Shown: positions 18,102 through 29,582, numbered from the stretch's first letter. The stretch is 64,000 nucleotides of DNA from Candidatus Latescibacterota bacterium (GCA_965205975.1 OZ242195.1:1568001-1632000), one strand, 5' to 3'. Notes: generated by a model not told the origin, from the sequence alone. Made by a program: numbers and translations.

Positions 18102-21100
18102 CTACCAGCCTATTGTGGCGCGTCCAGTAACCCCGTTATCCGCACCGATAGACAACGGACTCGCGCGCCGATGGGCATCGAGGTTCAACTCAAACCTCAA
18201 ACCCTCGCTAACGAGTGTACCGATGCCATAACCAACGCGGTAATCCCGACCTTGAGCCGAGGTCGCAAAGCCCAAACGCGGCGTGCCCACAAAGCGCCTG
18301 CCCAACGCCAAACCATACCCCAGATCCGCATCGAGACGGTTGCCCGTCGCATAACCACCACCCGCTATGCCCGACATCGTGGGCCGACCCCACAACGCCT
18401 CGGCTCCGCTCGTCGCCTGACCGCCCCACGAAGGCGACATACGCATCGTCAAACCCAATGGCGTCGATGGACTCGGATTGTAACGCAAAGACACCGCCAT
18501 ACCGCGCTCACGGTAGCCTTCCGCCTCGTGGATCAGCAACGTCCGCACGCGCATATCTACCTCCAGACCCGTCAAAGGATCCGAAACGACCAGACCCCCT
18601 GCGATATCCAGACCCGATCCTGTCTCGGCATCGCCCCCATCGTGACGAAGACCAACCATCACGCTCGGAGATAGAGACAATCGGCTCCGGAACGTCAGGG
18701 CATGAGATCCCTCAAGTGCTGTGCGCACACGGCTTACCACTGAACGCGTCGCTGCCAGATTGCCCGAAGAACCAGATACTGCCTCGCTCGACGTACCTAC
18801 CCACAACGCATCGGCCTTATACGACAACCTGAAACCGTCTGCGCTCCTGCCGATCAATTCGCCGCGCGTGCCCACCGCCGCCAGCGACATCGACAGACCC
18901 GCCGACAGTTGCGAGGCGCCTTCTTGACTCAGCAGCATACCACCCACACCGTAGCCACCTACTGCCCACACCGTCATCCGATCCGTCAAACGATAGCCCA
19001 GCCACGGATAAAGACCCGTCACCGACGAAGCCACACGACCACCACCCACCCCACCCGTGTAACTGCCCAATCCCCAACTGCGAGACAAAGACAAGCCCAC
19101 CAGAAAAGGTCCCTTCGCGTAGTCAGTACCGAGCATCGCCGTGCGAACAGTGCCATCCAGACCCAGATCATCTTCGCGACCAAAAAAGGACGACCGCGCA
19201 CCACGGCTCCAGAAAGAGAACACGCCTCCCCGATCCATCTCACGGTTAAGCGTAAACGACGAACCCGTCAGCACATCGCCCATCCTGAAAAGCGACCTCA
19301 GCATGCCTGCAAGACCAAAGGAAGAGCCAGACGACGCCATCCCTACATCGCGCCGCCCCAACGACGGGTTGTGTGACCCATACCCGCCGAGGCCATACAC
19401 AAAGCGATTCGCCACATCCCTGACCATATCCTCAGCACGACCCAACTGATGACCCGCCAAACGCCCCTCAAAACCCGACTCACGCCGTGCCTGCAGACGC
19501 TCCTCCACATATTCCACCACCTGCAACGCCGCCGTCCGACCAAACCGCGCAAGCAGGCCCTTAGGCATTGGATCGATGTTCTCAATGGTGCCAGTTGCAT
19601 CCGCGTCGGAGAGATACGCGTTGCCGCCCGACGCGTTGGAGAGCGTCAGCGTGAACGTCTCTGAACCCTCGTCAATGGCATCGTCGAGCACTGGCACCGA
19701 AATTGTCTTCTCTGTCTGTCCCGCATCGAACGTCAGCGTACCCGACGTAGATGTGTAGTCCACTCCGACCGTTGCCGTGCCGTCAGAGGTCGCATAATCC
19801 ACTGTCACGGTCTCCGACAAAGCCCGACTCAGCGTCACTGCAAAATCGACTGTCGCATTGGCAGCCTCCTGCACGCTCGCATCCGCCACAGACAACCCCG
19901 GCGGCCCCTGAACTGTCGCCGATACTGCCCCCTGCAACTGACGACCATCGGACGTCTCCACGGCGCCAGCCGGCAGGCTGATCGTCACCGCATCATACGT
20001 ATCCGGCGCCACCGTGATCTCCCAACCCTGGTTGTTGCCCGACACGAGACGCCCCGCCTTCGTCACCGCACCCCCCGTCACCGTGAAGGCATTATCGCGC
20101 AGCGTCCGGTAGCTAAGACCCACCACATCCTCACTGAAATGCAATTCGAACTTGAACGCACTCGACCCGTCGTGGGACGACGGCACATTTCCGAAACTCG
20201 CTGTCAACGGCTCGGGTTCCGTATCGGGCGGCTGATTCTGGACGGTCTGTGCCACCGTCGCCGAAACCGTCTCCGAAACTGTCGCCGACAACGGGCGGTT
20301 ATCCTCGGTGCAGATCGCACCGGTCTCCCCACAGTCTGCCGCAAGCAGTGTGATCGTCACATCCTGATCATTGTCGGGCGTAACCGTCACATTCCACGCC
20401 TGATTCTTCCCCGTTTCCTGGCGCCCTACCCCGGTGAGTTCCCCATTGGTCACCTGCAGCGCGTGATCGCGTAGCGTCCGGTAGCTCAGGTTGAACTCCT
20501 CGGAGAAGTGCAACTCAAAGGTGAACGCGGATTCGCCGTGGGAAGCCGGCAGTCCCTGGAACTCCGCCGTCAACGGCTCGACCGGATCGTTGTCTGGTGG
20601 GTCGTTAGTTGGGGGAGACCCTGCGACGGTGATGGTGGCCTCGCCGCTCCAGCCTCCGGAGGTGCCGCTATATGAGGCGCGTATCTTCACCTTGTATTCT
20701 TCTCCGTCCTCCAGACCCGTGATGGTGTAGGAAGGCTCGGTGGGATAGGCATTGCCAGTGTTGTCGGTCCAGGTCTTGTAACCCTCGTCCTGCTTTGCCC
20801 ATGTTATGCGGTAGTTGGCCGGAGCCTCCGTTGGTGCTTCCCAGGAGGCCTGGATGGTTCCGGGCGTGTCTGCCGTCAGGGTAATGGTTCCGATGTCGCG
20901 GGCACCGCGCGGTTCTTCCGGTTCCAGCACGACGGTATTGCCCGAAGGTGGATCGGCCGAATCGTCGTTGTTAATGGTCCCGGTCGCAGTCGCATCTGAG
21001 AGATACGCATCGCCACCCGATGCGTTGGAGAGCGTCAGCGTAAACGTCTCTGAACGCTCGTCAACGGTATCGTCAAGCACCGGCACCGAGACCGTCTTCT

Positions 21101-24100
21101 CCGTCTGTCCCGCATTGAATGTGAGCGTCCCGGACGTAGATGTGTAGTCCTCCCCAGCCGTCGCCGTGCCGTCCGAGGTGGTATAATCCACCGTCACCGC
21201 CTCGGTAGCCGCCGGGCTGAGGGCGACGACAAATTCTGCCGAGGCGTCGGTCCCCTCCATCACCGTCACGTCCGCCACAGAGAGTTCGGGTGCGTTCCCG
21301 AAGGCCACATCCGCCACCCTGCCATCAGTATCCTGAATGGTGACCCCATTCAGCGCGATCTCATTTGACACGATCCTTACCTGCTGCGACCCGTCGTCCG
21401 AGGCGGTCACCGGGTATTCAAATCGCAGGATATCGGTTGCGGAACCACTCACAAACGCCGCCTCGCGGCGCGTGCCGTCAAGGGCGATGCCGACGGTGGC
21501 CTTCGCGTTGGAGGAACTCTGCACCTGCACCGGGCGGATGAACCGGACCTCCACGACCACAGTCTCGCCGGTGTCCCAGGTGCCGTTTGCGCCAGGCTCG
21601 GAGGTCACTGTTGCGCTTATCGCGCCCGAAGGCTCGTCGTCCAGGATATCACCGGTTACATGTGCTTCCGCAAGGTATGCCTTTGCTCCCGAGTGGTTCG
21701 ACAGCGTCAGGGTAAACGACTCGGCATGTTCGCTCACCGAGTCGTTGAGCACCGGCACCGAGACCGTCTTTGAGGTCTCCCCCGGGACAAAGGTGAGCGT
21801 GCCAGAGGTTTCCTCATAATCTTCCCCAGCCGTCGCCGTGCCGTCCGAGGTCGCATAATCTACCGTCACTGTATCTGCCACCGCCCGGCTCAAGGTCACC
21901 TCGAATGCCGCCGTGGCATCTGCCGCCTCGGTCACTTCGGTATCCGCCACCGAGAGCACGGGCGGACCCTTGATCCGTGCGAAAAGCCGGTTCGACAGCT
22001 TCCGTCCGTCTTCTGTACACACCGCACCCTCGTCATTGCAGTTCTCGGTCGGGTTAATCGTAATGGTGAAGTCCTCGGTCGCGTATTCGGCATCGGATTT
22101 CCTGCGTTCCACCACGACCCCCCAGCGCTTCCCACTCGGCGGATCGAGCTTGTACCCCCTTTTCGCATTGTAGGCGCGCGGACCGAGCCGCATAATCAGC
22201 GTCTCTAATCGCAGCGTCATATAGTTGTAGCTGCTTGCGGGTTCCTCGCTGAACACAATACGGAATTCGATCGGGCCGACGCCGTCATGGACCTTCGGGA
22301 GGCTGCCCTCCTCGAATTTTACCGTGAACTTCGGTGCGGGGATCTTCGCCGTGATCGTCGCCGAGGCCGCGCGGTTGCCCGCCCTGTCCTGTATCGGGTT
22401 CTCCGAAGGCACCGCGTAGCTCACCCTCACAGAATCGCCGGGTGCCGCCGCCGAGGCAAACCTCAGCATCACGGTCAATCCGCTCACCACGACCGGATCG
22501 CTCGACGCCAGATCCCGCGTCTGACCGCCCACCGTCACGGTGAACGCATCCACCCCCGGCGTGGAGGTCTCGTCAAGCGCTTCGCTATACGTCAGCACCA
22601 CCGAGTCCCTTCTCGCCACGGCAGCCTCGAACGCCGGCGCCGTGGTATCACTTTCCGGTGTGTGGTTGGTCACTGCCTGATCGCTCAACGCCACCACCGC
22701 GTTGCCCGCCCTGTCCTGTATCGGGTTCTCCGAAGGCACCGCGTAGCTCACCGTCACAGAATCACCAGACGCCGCCGCCGAGGCAAGCCTCAGCATCACG
22801 GTCAATCCGCTCACCACGACCGGATCGCTCGACGCCAGATCCCGCGTCTGACCGCCCACCGTCACTGTGAACGCATCCACTCCCGGCGTGGAGGTCTCGT
22901 CAAGTGCTTCGCTATACGTCAGCACCACCGAGTCCCGGCGCGCCACGGCAGCCTCGAACGCCGGCGCCGTTGTGTCACCTTCCGGTGTGTGGTTGGTCAC
23001 TGCCTGATCGCTCAACGCCACCACCGCATTGCCCGCCCTGTCCTGTATCGGGTTCTCCGAAGGCACCGCGTAGCTCACCCTCACAGAATCGCCAGACGCA
23101 ACCGCCGAGGCAAGCCTCAGCCTCACGCGCCGCCCATCTACTGCCACCGGATCGCTCGACGCCAGATCCCGCGTCTGACCGCCCACCGTCACGGTGAACG
23201 CATCCGCGGCCGGTGTGGCGTCCTCGTCGAGTCCATCCCTGTACAATAGTACCAGTTGCGCGCCATCCACCTCCGCACGCAAAAACGCCGGCGCAGTCTC
23301 ATCTACTGCGTTCGGATCACTCGGCATAATATCCCAAAACGCCCTGTTCGACAGGGGTCGCCCGTCCTCGGTGCAGATCGCCCCTTCCGCGTCGCAGTCG
23401 GTGGTGGGTAGCAATTCGACCCGAATCGTCTCGTTGTACAGCGGCTTGATCCAGAACACCCAGGTCTTTGGCTGATTATCTTTGGGGAACGCGTTCGTGA
23501 CCTCGCCGTTGGTACTCCGGACCGCATCCCGCATGGCCTCGCGCGAGGTCGTCACCGGATAGCTGAACTCGGCGTTGAGCGCGAACAGCTTCGAGCCGTC
23601 GTGCCCGTCGCCGTACCTCTGCCACTGAACCGTAAGCGGAATGCTCGCCGGTCCCTTCACGCGGACTTCCGCACCCGACGACAACTTGCGCCCGTCCGTC
23701 GCGCACAGCGCGCCCGAGTCGCCGCAGGATTCGGGTGGTGCGACCGATAGAACCACGTCCTCGATCGAGGACGGCGCCACCGTGAGCCGCCAACTGTGGC
23801 GGAGTCCGATCTCGTGCTCCGCCGACCGTACCCGACCGCCGGTGACGGCAACCGCCCTGTTGGCCATCATCCACTTGCTCAGGTCGGTCGCCCCGTTGAA
23901 ATTGAGCCACACCGTAAAGTCTTCCGAGCCGTCGTGCGCCTCCGGCGTGTCGAACTCGGCCGTCAGCGGCGGCACGGTCCCCTGAGAGATCGTCGCCGTT
24001 ACCGCTTCCTCCAGGGGCCGGTCGTCCTCCGTACACACCGCGTCCTCGGCGTCGCAGTCTGTCGTCGCTGGCAGTTCAACTGTCACGTCGCCGCCCGTCG

Positions 24101-27100
24101 GCTCGAGCGTGACCTCCCAAGCCGCGTTCTCTGGACCCTCGCCATTCAACCGGCGCGCCCGCGTTAGCTGGCCGTTTGTCACGCTCAGGGCGTGGTCGCG
24201 CATTGCAGTCCACGACACAGCGGTCGCCTCGCTGAAGCGCACCTGCAGCACGAATGGCCTGCCCGCGTGCGCCTCCGGCGCGCCCTCAATGGTCGCCGTC
24301 AACGGCAGCAGCGACGATGATAGGACAGTCGCCACGACCGCGGCAGAGAGCGGGCGGGCGTCCTCCGTACACACCGCATCCTCGGCGTCGCAGTCTGCGC
24401 TCGTCGGCAGCGTGATGGTGACGTCTTCATCGACGTCCGGCGTAATGGTGATCTCCCAGTTGTGGTTCTTATTTGACACCAGCCGGCGCGCCGCCGTGAC
24501 CTCGCCGTTCGTGACCGAGAGCACATCCGACTGCCCGTTGCTGCCCATGATCTTCTGATGGCTCACCGAGACGTTCTCATCGCTGAACACGAGCTCGAAC
24601 TTGAATGGATTCCCGCCGTGTATCGCCGGCAGTTTCCAGAACTGCGCCGTCAATGGCGCGGACTGGCTCGTTTCCAGTTGCGTGCCGACCCGGCTCACTG
24701 GCTGACTGAAACTCTCGGCATCGACGCCTGCCCGGTTTTGCAGTGCAAGTTCGTCGTCGCCTGCGGTGGGATCGCTATAGGTGACGGTCACAGTTTGCGC
24801 GGACGCGGGAATCGCGGGCGAAATGTCCAGCGCGATGGCCCTATAATCCGAACCCGAGCCACGCACGCCAGTGACCGTTGCCGACGCGCTGTCGTAGGTC
24901 ACCGCAAACGCCTCCAGCGCGGGAAGCGCGTAGAAATCAATCGCCCGGGTGAAGCGCAGGGAAAGCTCGTCGCCTGCGGCGTTGAGTTGCACCGGACCCA
25001 CCAGCACCGGTGCGGCCGGGTCCGACACCGTCGAGCCGTTGATCGCCGCAAATCCGGAAAAACTCTCCGCGTCTTCGCCGCTGCGGAGTTGCAACGCGGC
25101 GTAGTCATCGCCATCGGTCGGGTCGCGGTAACTCACCGTGACTGTCTGATGCGCTTTGATGGGGAGAACGAACGACAGCCGTATCCATTGGTCGGAGGCC
25201 GATGCCTCGATGCTGGACACGAGATGCAGGACGCCGTCGGCGTTCACGATAAAGGCACTTTTCGGCGGTGTCCGCCCCGTTCGGTTGTCGAATGCCCGGT
25301 CGAAGAACAACTGGAGTTGGTCGCCTGCCGACGGTATCGTCGCCGACTGCGGAGCCGGCGGCTGGAGGCCGATGACCCTATCCGTGACCGCCGCCGACAG
25401 CGGCCGGTCGTCTCCGGTGCATACCGCGCCTGTGGCGTCGCAGTCCGTCGTCTCGGACAACGCGACTGTCACGTCGTCTTTTCCGTCCGGCGTGACAGTG
25501 ATGCTCCACGTTCGGTTTTCTCCCGCGACGACGCGGCTCGCCGCGGTCACCTGACCCCCCGTGACCGACAGCACGCCCTGCTGCCCATCGCTGCCCGTAA
25601 CGTCATCGAGGCCGAGCGAAACTTCCTCGCTGAAGCGCAATGTGAATGTGAACGCATCCCCGACATGGTGTGCCGGCATCCGCACAAATTCTGCCGTCAG
25701 CGCCGTCACTTGCGTCGTTACCGGCACGGGGTCGTCGTTGAGGATGGTGGCGATGCCCCAGGCGTCGGCAATGTACGCGTTGCCGCCCCGGGGATTCTCC
25801 AACTTCAGCCTGAAGGTCTCGCCGCTGTCTTCGAAAAAGTCATCGAGCACCGGTACCGAGATGTTCCTGGTGGTCTGACCGGCGTTGAAGGTCAGCGTGC
25901 CCGAGGTGTGCGTGTAGTCCTCCCCCGGGGTCGCGCTGTTGACCGGGACGGTCTCATAATCCACCCTCACCTGCGCCGTCGCCGCCGGGCGCAGCGTGAC
26001 CTCGAAGTTTGCCCTGGCTCCCCTGGCTTCCCGCACCGTCGTGTCCGACACGTAGAGCGCGGGCGCATTGGGATTGGGCACATGTATGGCCTCCAGGTTG
26101 AAAAAAACGGGCGCCTGGTTGCCATCCTGATCCAACACGCCGGGCGGCCGCGGACTGACCACCTGTGCGCGGTCGTAGGTCACATACAGACTGGCCCCAT
26201 TGCGCACGTCCTGATCGGAAACACCGCTCCCCAGTCTCAGTTTCACCACCCGGGGCCTGCCCAGGTAATCGTCGATGATGCTGATTTCGTCAACCGCGAA
26301 GCCCGAGGATTGCGAGCCTGTAAAATGCACGTCATACAGGTACTGCGCATCGCTCAGTCTCGAGTTCCGGTCGAGGTCGCGGTTGTAGTGGACGTAGATC
26401 TCGACTCTTCCCGAAACCTTGCGCCAGGTGAGGGTCTCGCCCCACTGCGCCAGCGGATAACCCGGGCGCGCAGAATACGACCACGCCCCGTTACCGATCG
26501 GATTCTCCCAGCGCACCCGCACATCGTAGGCCAGCCCCTGTGTCACCGGCGCGGAGGTCACCGAGTGTCGCTCATCCGGCCCCTTGCGCCGCCAGTTCCA
26601 GAAATCTCTCGCCTGCGACCACCTGTGGTCGGACAGCTTGTATTGCAGGCGGTACAATTTTGCCTCGTTGGTGCCAGCAAAGGACACCTGCAGCCGATCC
26701 GCGCCGCGCTCCTGCACGGTTTGCACCATCAAATCGGCCGGTGCCGACGGCACACGGCGGATGCCGCGCACCCGGTGGACCGTCCGCTCCCGGAGACCGC
26801 TGCCGCTTACTTGAGAGCACAATGACCCTAATGTATTGCAGGGCAACGGCTCCAGCGTCAGGGTCAGGTCTTCGCGACTCGACGGCTCGATCTGCAGCAC
26901 AAACAGTGTATTATCGGAGAACGTCTCGATCGAGGACACCCGTCCACCGACCACCCCGATGGCGCGGTCCGGGCCGATCAGGTCCGTCAACATCGGTCCG
27001 GAGAGATAGAGGGTCCTGTTTCTCGGACCGGTGAAATCATCTATCCGCTCGTGTACGCGGATGTTATCCGTGAACCGTATGCGAATTTCGAACGACTCGC

Positions 27101-29582
27101 CGAAGTGGACGCCCGCCGGCGTGCCCCCCGGCACGTTGGCGTCGGGGTAGAAAACCGTCGCGCCGACCGTGCCCGTGTTCGTCGCATCCGACACCTGGCC
27201 CCGCACGCGGCCCGTGCCCGGCTCCGACCAGTCGGTCGTCACACCGGTGGTCACCATCCGGACCCGCACCTGGTATTCTGCACCCGATCTCAGCGACTCG
27301 ATCAGCCTGAACGGATCGAGTCCGGTATCCGGATGGCGTGTCCACGAGCCGCTGGTGCCCCGTCGATATTCCACCTCGAAGGCGGTAATCTCATCCCCGG
27401 TACTTCGAACACGCCAGCGCGCCACCAGGCTGTTCGTCAAGTACCGCGGCGCCACGACCGACGGCGTCTCCAGGGGGTCCCGCGGCTCGTCCACGTTGAC
27501 CACCTCGATGGTCACGTCGATCCGGGTTGCTCCGCCGCTGCGCCCGTCGTCGGCCTTGACCCTGACCGAATGGGTCGTCTGCATCTCGTAATCGAGCACC
27601 ACCTTCGTCCTGATCTGGCCGGTGGAGGAGTTGATGGTGAAGTTGCCTTTGTCCGGTCCTTCCAGCGAATAGGTCACCTCGTCGCCGTCCGCGTCCTCCG
27701 CCACGAAGGGCTCGCCGACATCCTCGTTCGCCGGCGTGTTCTCGACCACGCTGCGCGTCAGAATCGGTTCCCCGAAGTCCGGCGCATTGTTGATCGTCAG
27801 CTTTACCGAGGTGATGTCTCCCCATGCCCAGTCCAGGCCTGCCGGCCGCGGCCACGCATAACACTTCGATTGCGGGGACTGAGTGCCGAGCCTGCGGCCA
27901 TCATCGAAGTCGAATTCATGACCGTCAACGTCCAGTTCCAGCCGGTTGCGGACGTCATCGTTTGGTGCTCTGGCTCCGAAACAGAAGGCGACCGTCTCGG
28001 CGGTGAAAAACGACGTGGGCGCGTCGCCGACGACAAGTGCGGCGGCGATGTCGTAGGTCGTGCCGCCGACCCGAAAATTCGAGGGGGCTATCGCGCCCCA
28101 ATCGGTGGCGAAGTCGGCATATCCGAGGGTGCCGGCGCCCTCACCCACCGTCACGTTGGCGGTGAGCACGGCATCCGGGTCGGCCGGCGGCGATGCGGCC
28201 TCGCGCACGACCGTTACGTCGTAGGTCAGCGTTGTAAACATGTCTTCCGCCGTCACGCGCGCCGAACCGGCGTTGCGGCCCGGGCTGAGAGAGAGATTCC
28301 TGCCCTTCGGGTAACTGACCGTGGCGTCGTCGTGGTTGGGTGTCGCGCTCAGCCTCACCCCAGAGACGCTGTTCCGCACCCAGGCGCGGTAGGAGGTGAT
28401 GTCGTTTGCAAACGGCGGGTCCAGCGCAACCGCATTGCCCCCGGCGGTCAGCCGGAACCTCTCCAGGGTCGCGTCGTCGGAGGGCGGGAGGCGGCTGCCG
28501 TCCACCAGATGACCGGACTGTATGCCCAGTTCGTCGTGGGTGAGCACAGCATCGACGCTGCCGAGGTTGTCGGTGATGCGCTCGCCGCTGCCGAGCTTGA
28601 TGGTCTGGGATTGATCGCCGGCCCAGATGCCGTCCATGTCCCAGTTGCCCTCCACCACCGTGTACGCGAACACGAGCGAATCCGTGTCCGCGCCTTCTAC
28701 GAGCGCCGCCTGCTTGGTGGCCGTGTTGCCGCTTGGCCCCAGCTCGAACTCGAAATGCGGCTCGCCCGTCAACTTTACCGGGACACTGAATTTCACCGAG
28801 AACTTGATCTGTTCGCCACGCCAGTAGGTGTTCGCGTGCGTGCGCGGCCTCGAGCTTACCGCCACGGAAGTAATCACCGGAGGGGGGACATCGCCGTTTA
28901 TGCGCACAAGTAATGGACGGAAATTAGCAGCTCCCGGCGGGGCGATAGAAAAGGAGCCGTCTGAGTTGGCAGGCCTCGAGTGAAGCTGGTTGTGCAAGGA
29001 CCAGCCGGAAGCCGCTCCCGGATCATCACTACCGGTCCCGGTCGAACGCAGCCAGATTCTTCCCGTTGATCCAGGATGCTCCAGCCGAACGTAGTAGGTG
29101 GTGTTCGGTTCGAGCGCGGTGTTTGCCGGCGCCCTGAATGTCTCCGTGGAATGGTTTGCATTTTGACCAGGACCGAAGGTACCACCCGAGTGGGTTAGCG
29201 TCGCCACCGTAGTCCCCCTCGGGTTGCCCTCGCGTACCGTGACGATCGGAACCGTGCCGGTGGTGCCTAGCAGCGCAAGAATATCGACGCTCGTCAGCGT
29301 GAACGTTCCAGAGGCTGGACCGGTCTTGAAGCGCTGAGCGATGTCAGCGAGCAACAGGTTATGGAGGGTAAAGGTGTTTGGGATGTGTGAAAAGTTGCTG
29401 ACCAGCACCTCCGCGTGCGCGAGGCCGGCGGTGCCGAACAGGCCGGCGGCGAGCGCAACGGCCCGGAGGCCGGGCACCCGCGGGCGCATCAGGCCCCTGA
29501 TGCGGCGTGAGATTTCTCCAAAAACCGCGTTGATCCATATCCTTCTCGTATGACCCGTGTTGCCTACCAATGAAGTTCCCAT
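18102..29582 (-). CDS. Giant modular surface protein (3826 aa): cadherin, fn3, Calx-beta, SwmB-like repeats, C-terminal autotransporter-like beta-barrel
   Basis: GGAGG RBS, long signal peptide, LDYE cadherin motif, DY..TSGTLTF Calx-beta, amphipathic beta C-terminus ending in W. Confidence 0.9.
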   Translation of the reverse strand: MGTSLVGNTGHTRRIWINAVFGEISRRIRGLMRPRVPGLRAVALAAGLFGTAGLAHAEVLVSNFSHIPNTFTLHNLLLADIAQRFKTGPASGTFTLTSVDILALLGTTGTVPIVTVREGNPRGTTVATLTHSGGTFGPGQNANHSTETFRAPANTALEPNTTYYVRLEHPGSTGRIWLRSTGTGSDDPGAASGWSLHNQLHSRPANSDGSFSIAPPGAANFRPLLVRINGDVPPPVITSVAVSSRPRTHANTYWRGEQIKFSVKFSVPVKLTGEPHFEFELGPSGNTATKQAALVEGADTDSLVFAYTVVEGNWDMDGIWAGDQSQTIKLGSGERITDNLGSVDAVLTHDELGIQSGHLVDGSRLPPSDDATLERFRLTAGGNAVALDPPFANDITSYRAWVRNSVSGVRLSATPNHDDATVSYPKGRNLSLSPGRNAGSARVTAEDMFTTLTYDVTVVREAASPPADPDAVLTANVTVGEGAGTLGYADFATDWGAIAPSNFRVGGTTYDIAAALVVGDAPTSFFTAETVAFCFGARAPNDDVRNRLELDVDGHEFDFDDGRRLGTQSPQSKCYAWPRPAGLDWAWGDITSVKLTINNAPDFGEPILTRSVVENTPANEDVGEPFVAEDADGDEVTYSLEGPDKGNFTINSSTGQIRTKVVLDYEMQTTHSVRVKADDGRSGGATRIDVTIEVVNVDEPRDPLETPSVVAPRYLTNSLVARWRVRSTGDEITAFEVEYRRGTSGSWTRHPDTGLDPFRLIESLRSGAEYQVRVRMVTTGVTTDWSEPGTGRVRGQVSDATNTGTVGATVFYPDANVPGGTPAGVHFGESFEIRIRFTDNIRVHERIDDFTGPRNRTLYLSGPMLTDLIGPDRAIGVVGGRVSSIETFSDNTLFVLQIEPSSREDLTLTLEPLPCNTLGSLCSQVSGSGLRERTVHRVRGIRRVPSAPADLMVQTVQERGADRLQVSFAGTNEAKLYRLQYKLSDHRWSQARDFWNWRRKGPDERHSVTSAPVTQGLAYDVRVRWENPIGNGAWSYSARPGYPLAQWGETLTWRKVSGRVEIYVHYNRDLDRNSRLSDAQYLYDVHFTGSQSSGFAVDEISIIDDYLGRPRVVKLRLGSGVSDQDVRNGASLYVTYDRAQVVSPRPPGVLDQDGNQAPVFFNLEAIHVPNPNAPALYVSDTTVREARGARANFEVTLRPAATAQVRVDYETVPVNSATPGEDYTHTSGTLTFNAGQTTRNISVPVLDDFFEDSGETFRLKLENPRGGNAYIADAWGIATILNDDPVPVTTQVTALTAEFVRMPAHHVGDAFTFTLRFSEEVSLGLDDVTGSDGQQGVLSVTGGQVTAASRVVAGENRTWSITVTPDGKDDVTVALSETTDCDATGAVCTGDDRPLSAAVTDRVIGLQPPAPQSATIPSAGDQLQLFFDRAFDNRTGRTPPKSAFIVNADGVLHLVSSIEASASDQWIRLSFVLPIKAHQTVTVSYRDPTDGDDYAALQLRSGEDAESFSGFAAINGSTVSDPAAPVLVGPVQLNAAGDELSLRFTRAIDFYALPALEAFAVTYDSASATVTGVRGSGSDYRAIALDISPAIPASAQTVTVTYSDPTAGDDELALQNRAGVDAESFSQPVSRVGTQLETSQSAPLTAQFWKLPAIHGGNPFKFELVFSDENVSVSHQKIMGSNGQSDVLSVTNGEVTAARRLVSNKNHNWEITITPDVDEDVTITLPTSADCDAEDAVCTEDARPLSAAVVATVLSSSLLPLTATIEGAPEAHAGRPFVLQVRFSEATAVSWTAMRDHALSVTNGQLTRARRLNGEGPENAAWEVTLEPTGGDVTVELPATTDCDAEDAVCTEDDRPLEEAVTATISQGTVPPLTAEFDTPEAHDGSEDFTVWLNFNGATDLSKWMMANRAVAVTGGRVRSAEHEIGLRHSWRLTVAPSSIEDVVLSVAPPESCGDSGALCATDGRKLSSGAEVRVKGPASIPLTVQWQRYGDGHDGSKLFALNAEFSYPVTTSREAMRDAVRSTNGEVTNAFPKDNQPKTWVFWIKPLYNETIRVELLPTTDCDAEGAICTEDGRPLSNRAFWDIMPSDPNAVDETAPAFLRAEVDGAQLVLLYRDGLDEDATPAADAFTVTVGGQTRDLASSDPVAVDGRRVRLRLASAVASGDSVRVSYAVPSENPIQDRAGNAVVALSDQAVTNHTPEGDTTAPAFEAAVARRDSVVLTYSEALDETSTPGVDAFTVTVGGQTRDLASSDPVVVSGLTVMLRLASAAASGDSVTVSYAVPSENPIQDRAGNAVVALSDQAVTNHTPESDTTAPAFEAAVARRDSVVLTYSEALDETSTPGVDAFTVTVGGQTRDLASSDPVVVSGLTVMLRFASAAAPGDSVRVSYAVPSENPIQDRAGNRAASATITAKIPAPKFTVKFEEGSLPKVHDGVGPIEFRIVFSEEPASSYNYMTLRLETLIMRLGPRAYNAKRGYKLDPPSGKRWGVVVERRKSDAEYATEDFTITINPTENCNDEGAVCTEDGRKLSNRLFARIKGPPVLSVADTEVTEAADATAAFEVTLSRAVADTVTVDYATSDGTATAGEDYEETSGTLTFVPGETSKTVSVPVLNDSVSEHAESFTLTLSNHSGAKAYLAEAHVTGDILDDEPSGAISATVTSEPGANGTWDTGETVVVEVRFIRPVQVQSSSNAKATVGIALDGTRREAAFVSGSATDILRFEYPVTASDDGSQQVRIVSNEIALNGVTIQDTDGRVADVAFGNAPELSVADVTVMEGTDASAEFVVALSPAATEAVTVDYTTSDGTATAGEDYTSTSGTLTFNAGQTEKTVSVPVLDDTVDERSETFTLTLSNASGGDAYLSDATATGTINNDDSADPPSGNTVVLEPEEPRGARDIGTITLTADTPGTIQASWEAPTEAPANYRITWAKQDEGYKTWTDNTGNAYPTEPSYTITGLEDGEEYKVKIRASYSGTSGGWSGEATITVAGSPPTNDPPDNDPVEPLTAEFQGLPASHGESAFTFELHFSEEFNLSYRTLRDHALQVTNGELTGVGRQETGKNQAWNVTVTPDNDQDVTITLLAADCGETGAICTEDNRPLSATVSETVSATVAQTVQNQPPDTEPEPLTASFGNVPSSHDGSSAFKFELHFSEDVVGLSYRTLRDNAFTVTGGAVTKAGRLVSGNNQGWEITVAPDTYDAVTISLPAGAVETSDGRQLQGAVSATVQGPPGLSVADASVQEAANATVDFAVTLSRALSETVTVDYATSDGTATVGVDYTSTSGTLTFDAGQTEKTISVPVLDDAIDEGSETFTLTLSNASGGNAYLSDADATGTIENIDPMPKGLLARFGRTAALQVVEYVEERLQARRESGFEGRLAGHQLGRAEDMVRDVANRFVYGLGGYGSHNPSLGRRDVGMASSGSSFGLAGMLRSLFRMGDVLTGSSFTLNREMDRGGVFSFWSRGARSSFFGREDDLGLDGTVRTAMLGTDYAKGPFLVGLSLSRSWGLGSYTGGVGGGRVASSVTGLYPWLGYRLTDRMTVWAVGGYGVGGMLLSQEGASQLSAGLSMSLAAVGTRGELIGRSADGFRLSYKADALWVGTSSEAVSGSSGNLAATRSVVSRVRTALEGSHALTFRSRLSLSPSVMVGLRHDGGDAETGSGLDIAGGLVVSDPLTGLEVDMRVRTLLIHEAEGYRERGMAVSLRYNPSPSTPLGLTMRMSPSWGGQATSGAEALWGRPTMSGIAGGGYATGNRLDADLGYGLALGRRFVGTPRLGFATSAQGRDYRVGYGIGTLVSEGLRFELNLDAHRRASPLSIGADNGVTGRATIGW
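22370..23290 (-). repeat. Three tandem 327-bp (109-aa) SwmB-like repeats
   Basis: GCCCTGTCCTGTATCGGGTTCTCCGAAGGC recurs at 22381, 22708 and 23035. Confidence 0.9.

Noticed and set aside
24558..28913. Long + strand ORFs (755, 620 aa and similar ones at 36-52 kb)
   Set aside because: Antisense shadows of GC-rich genes; Arg/His-rich with no recognisable motifs
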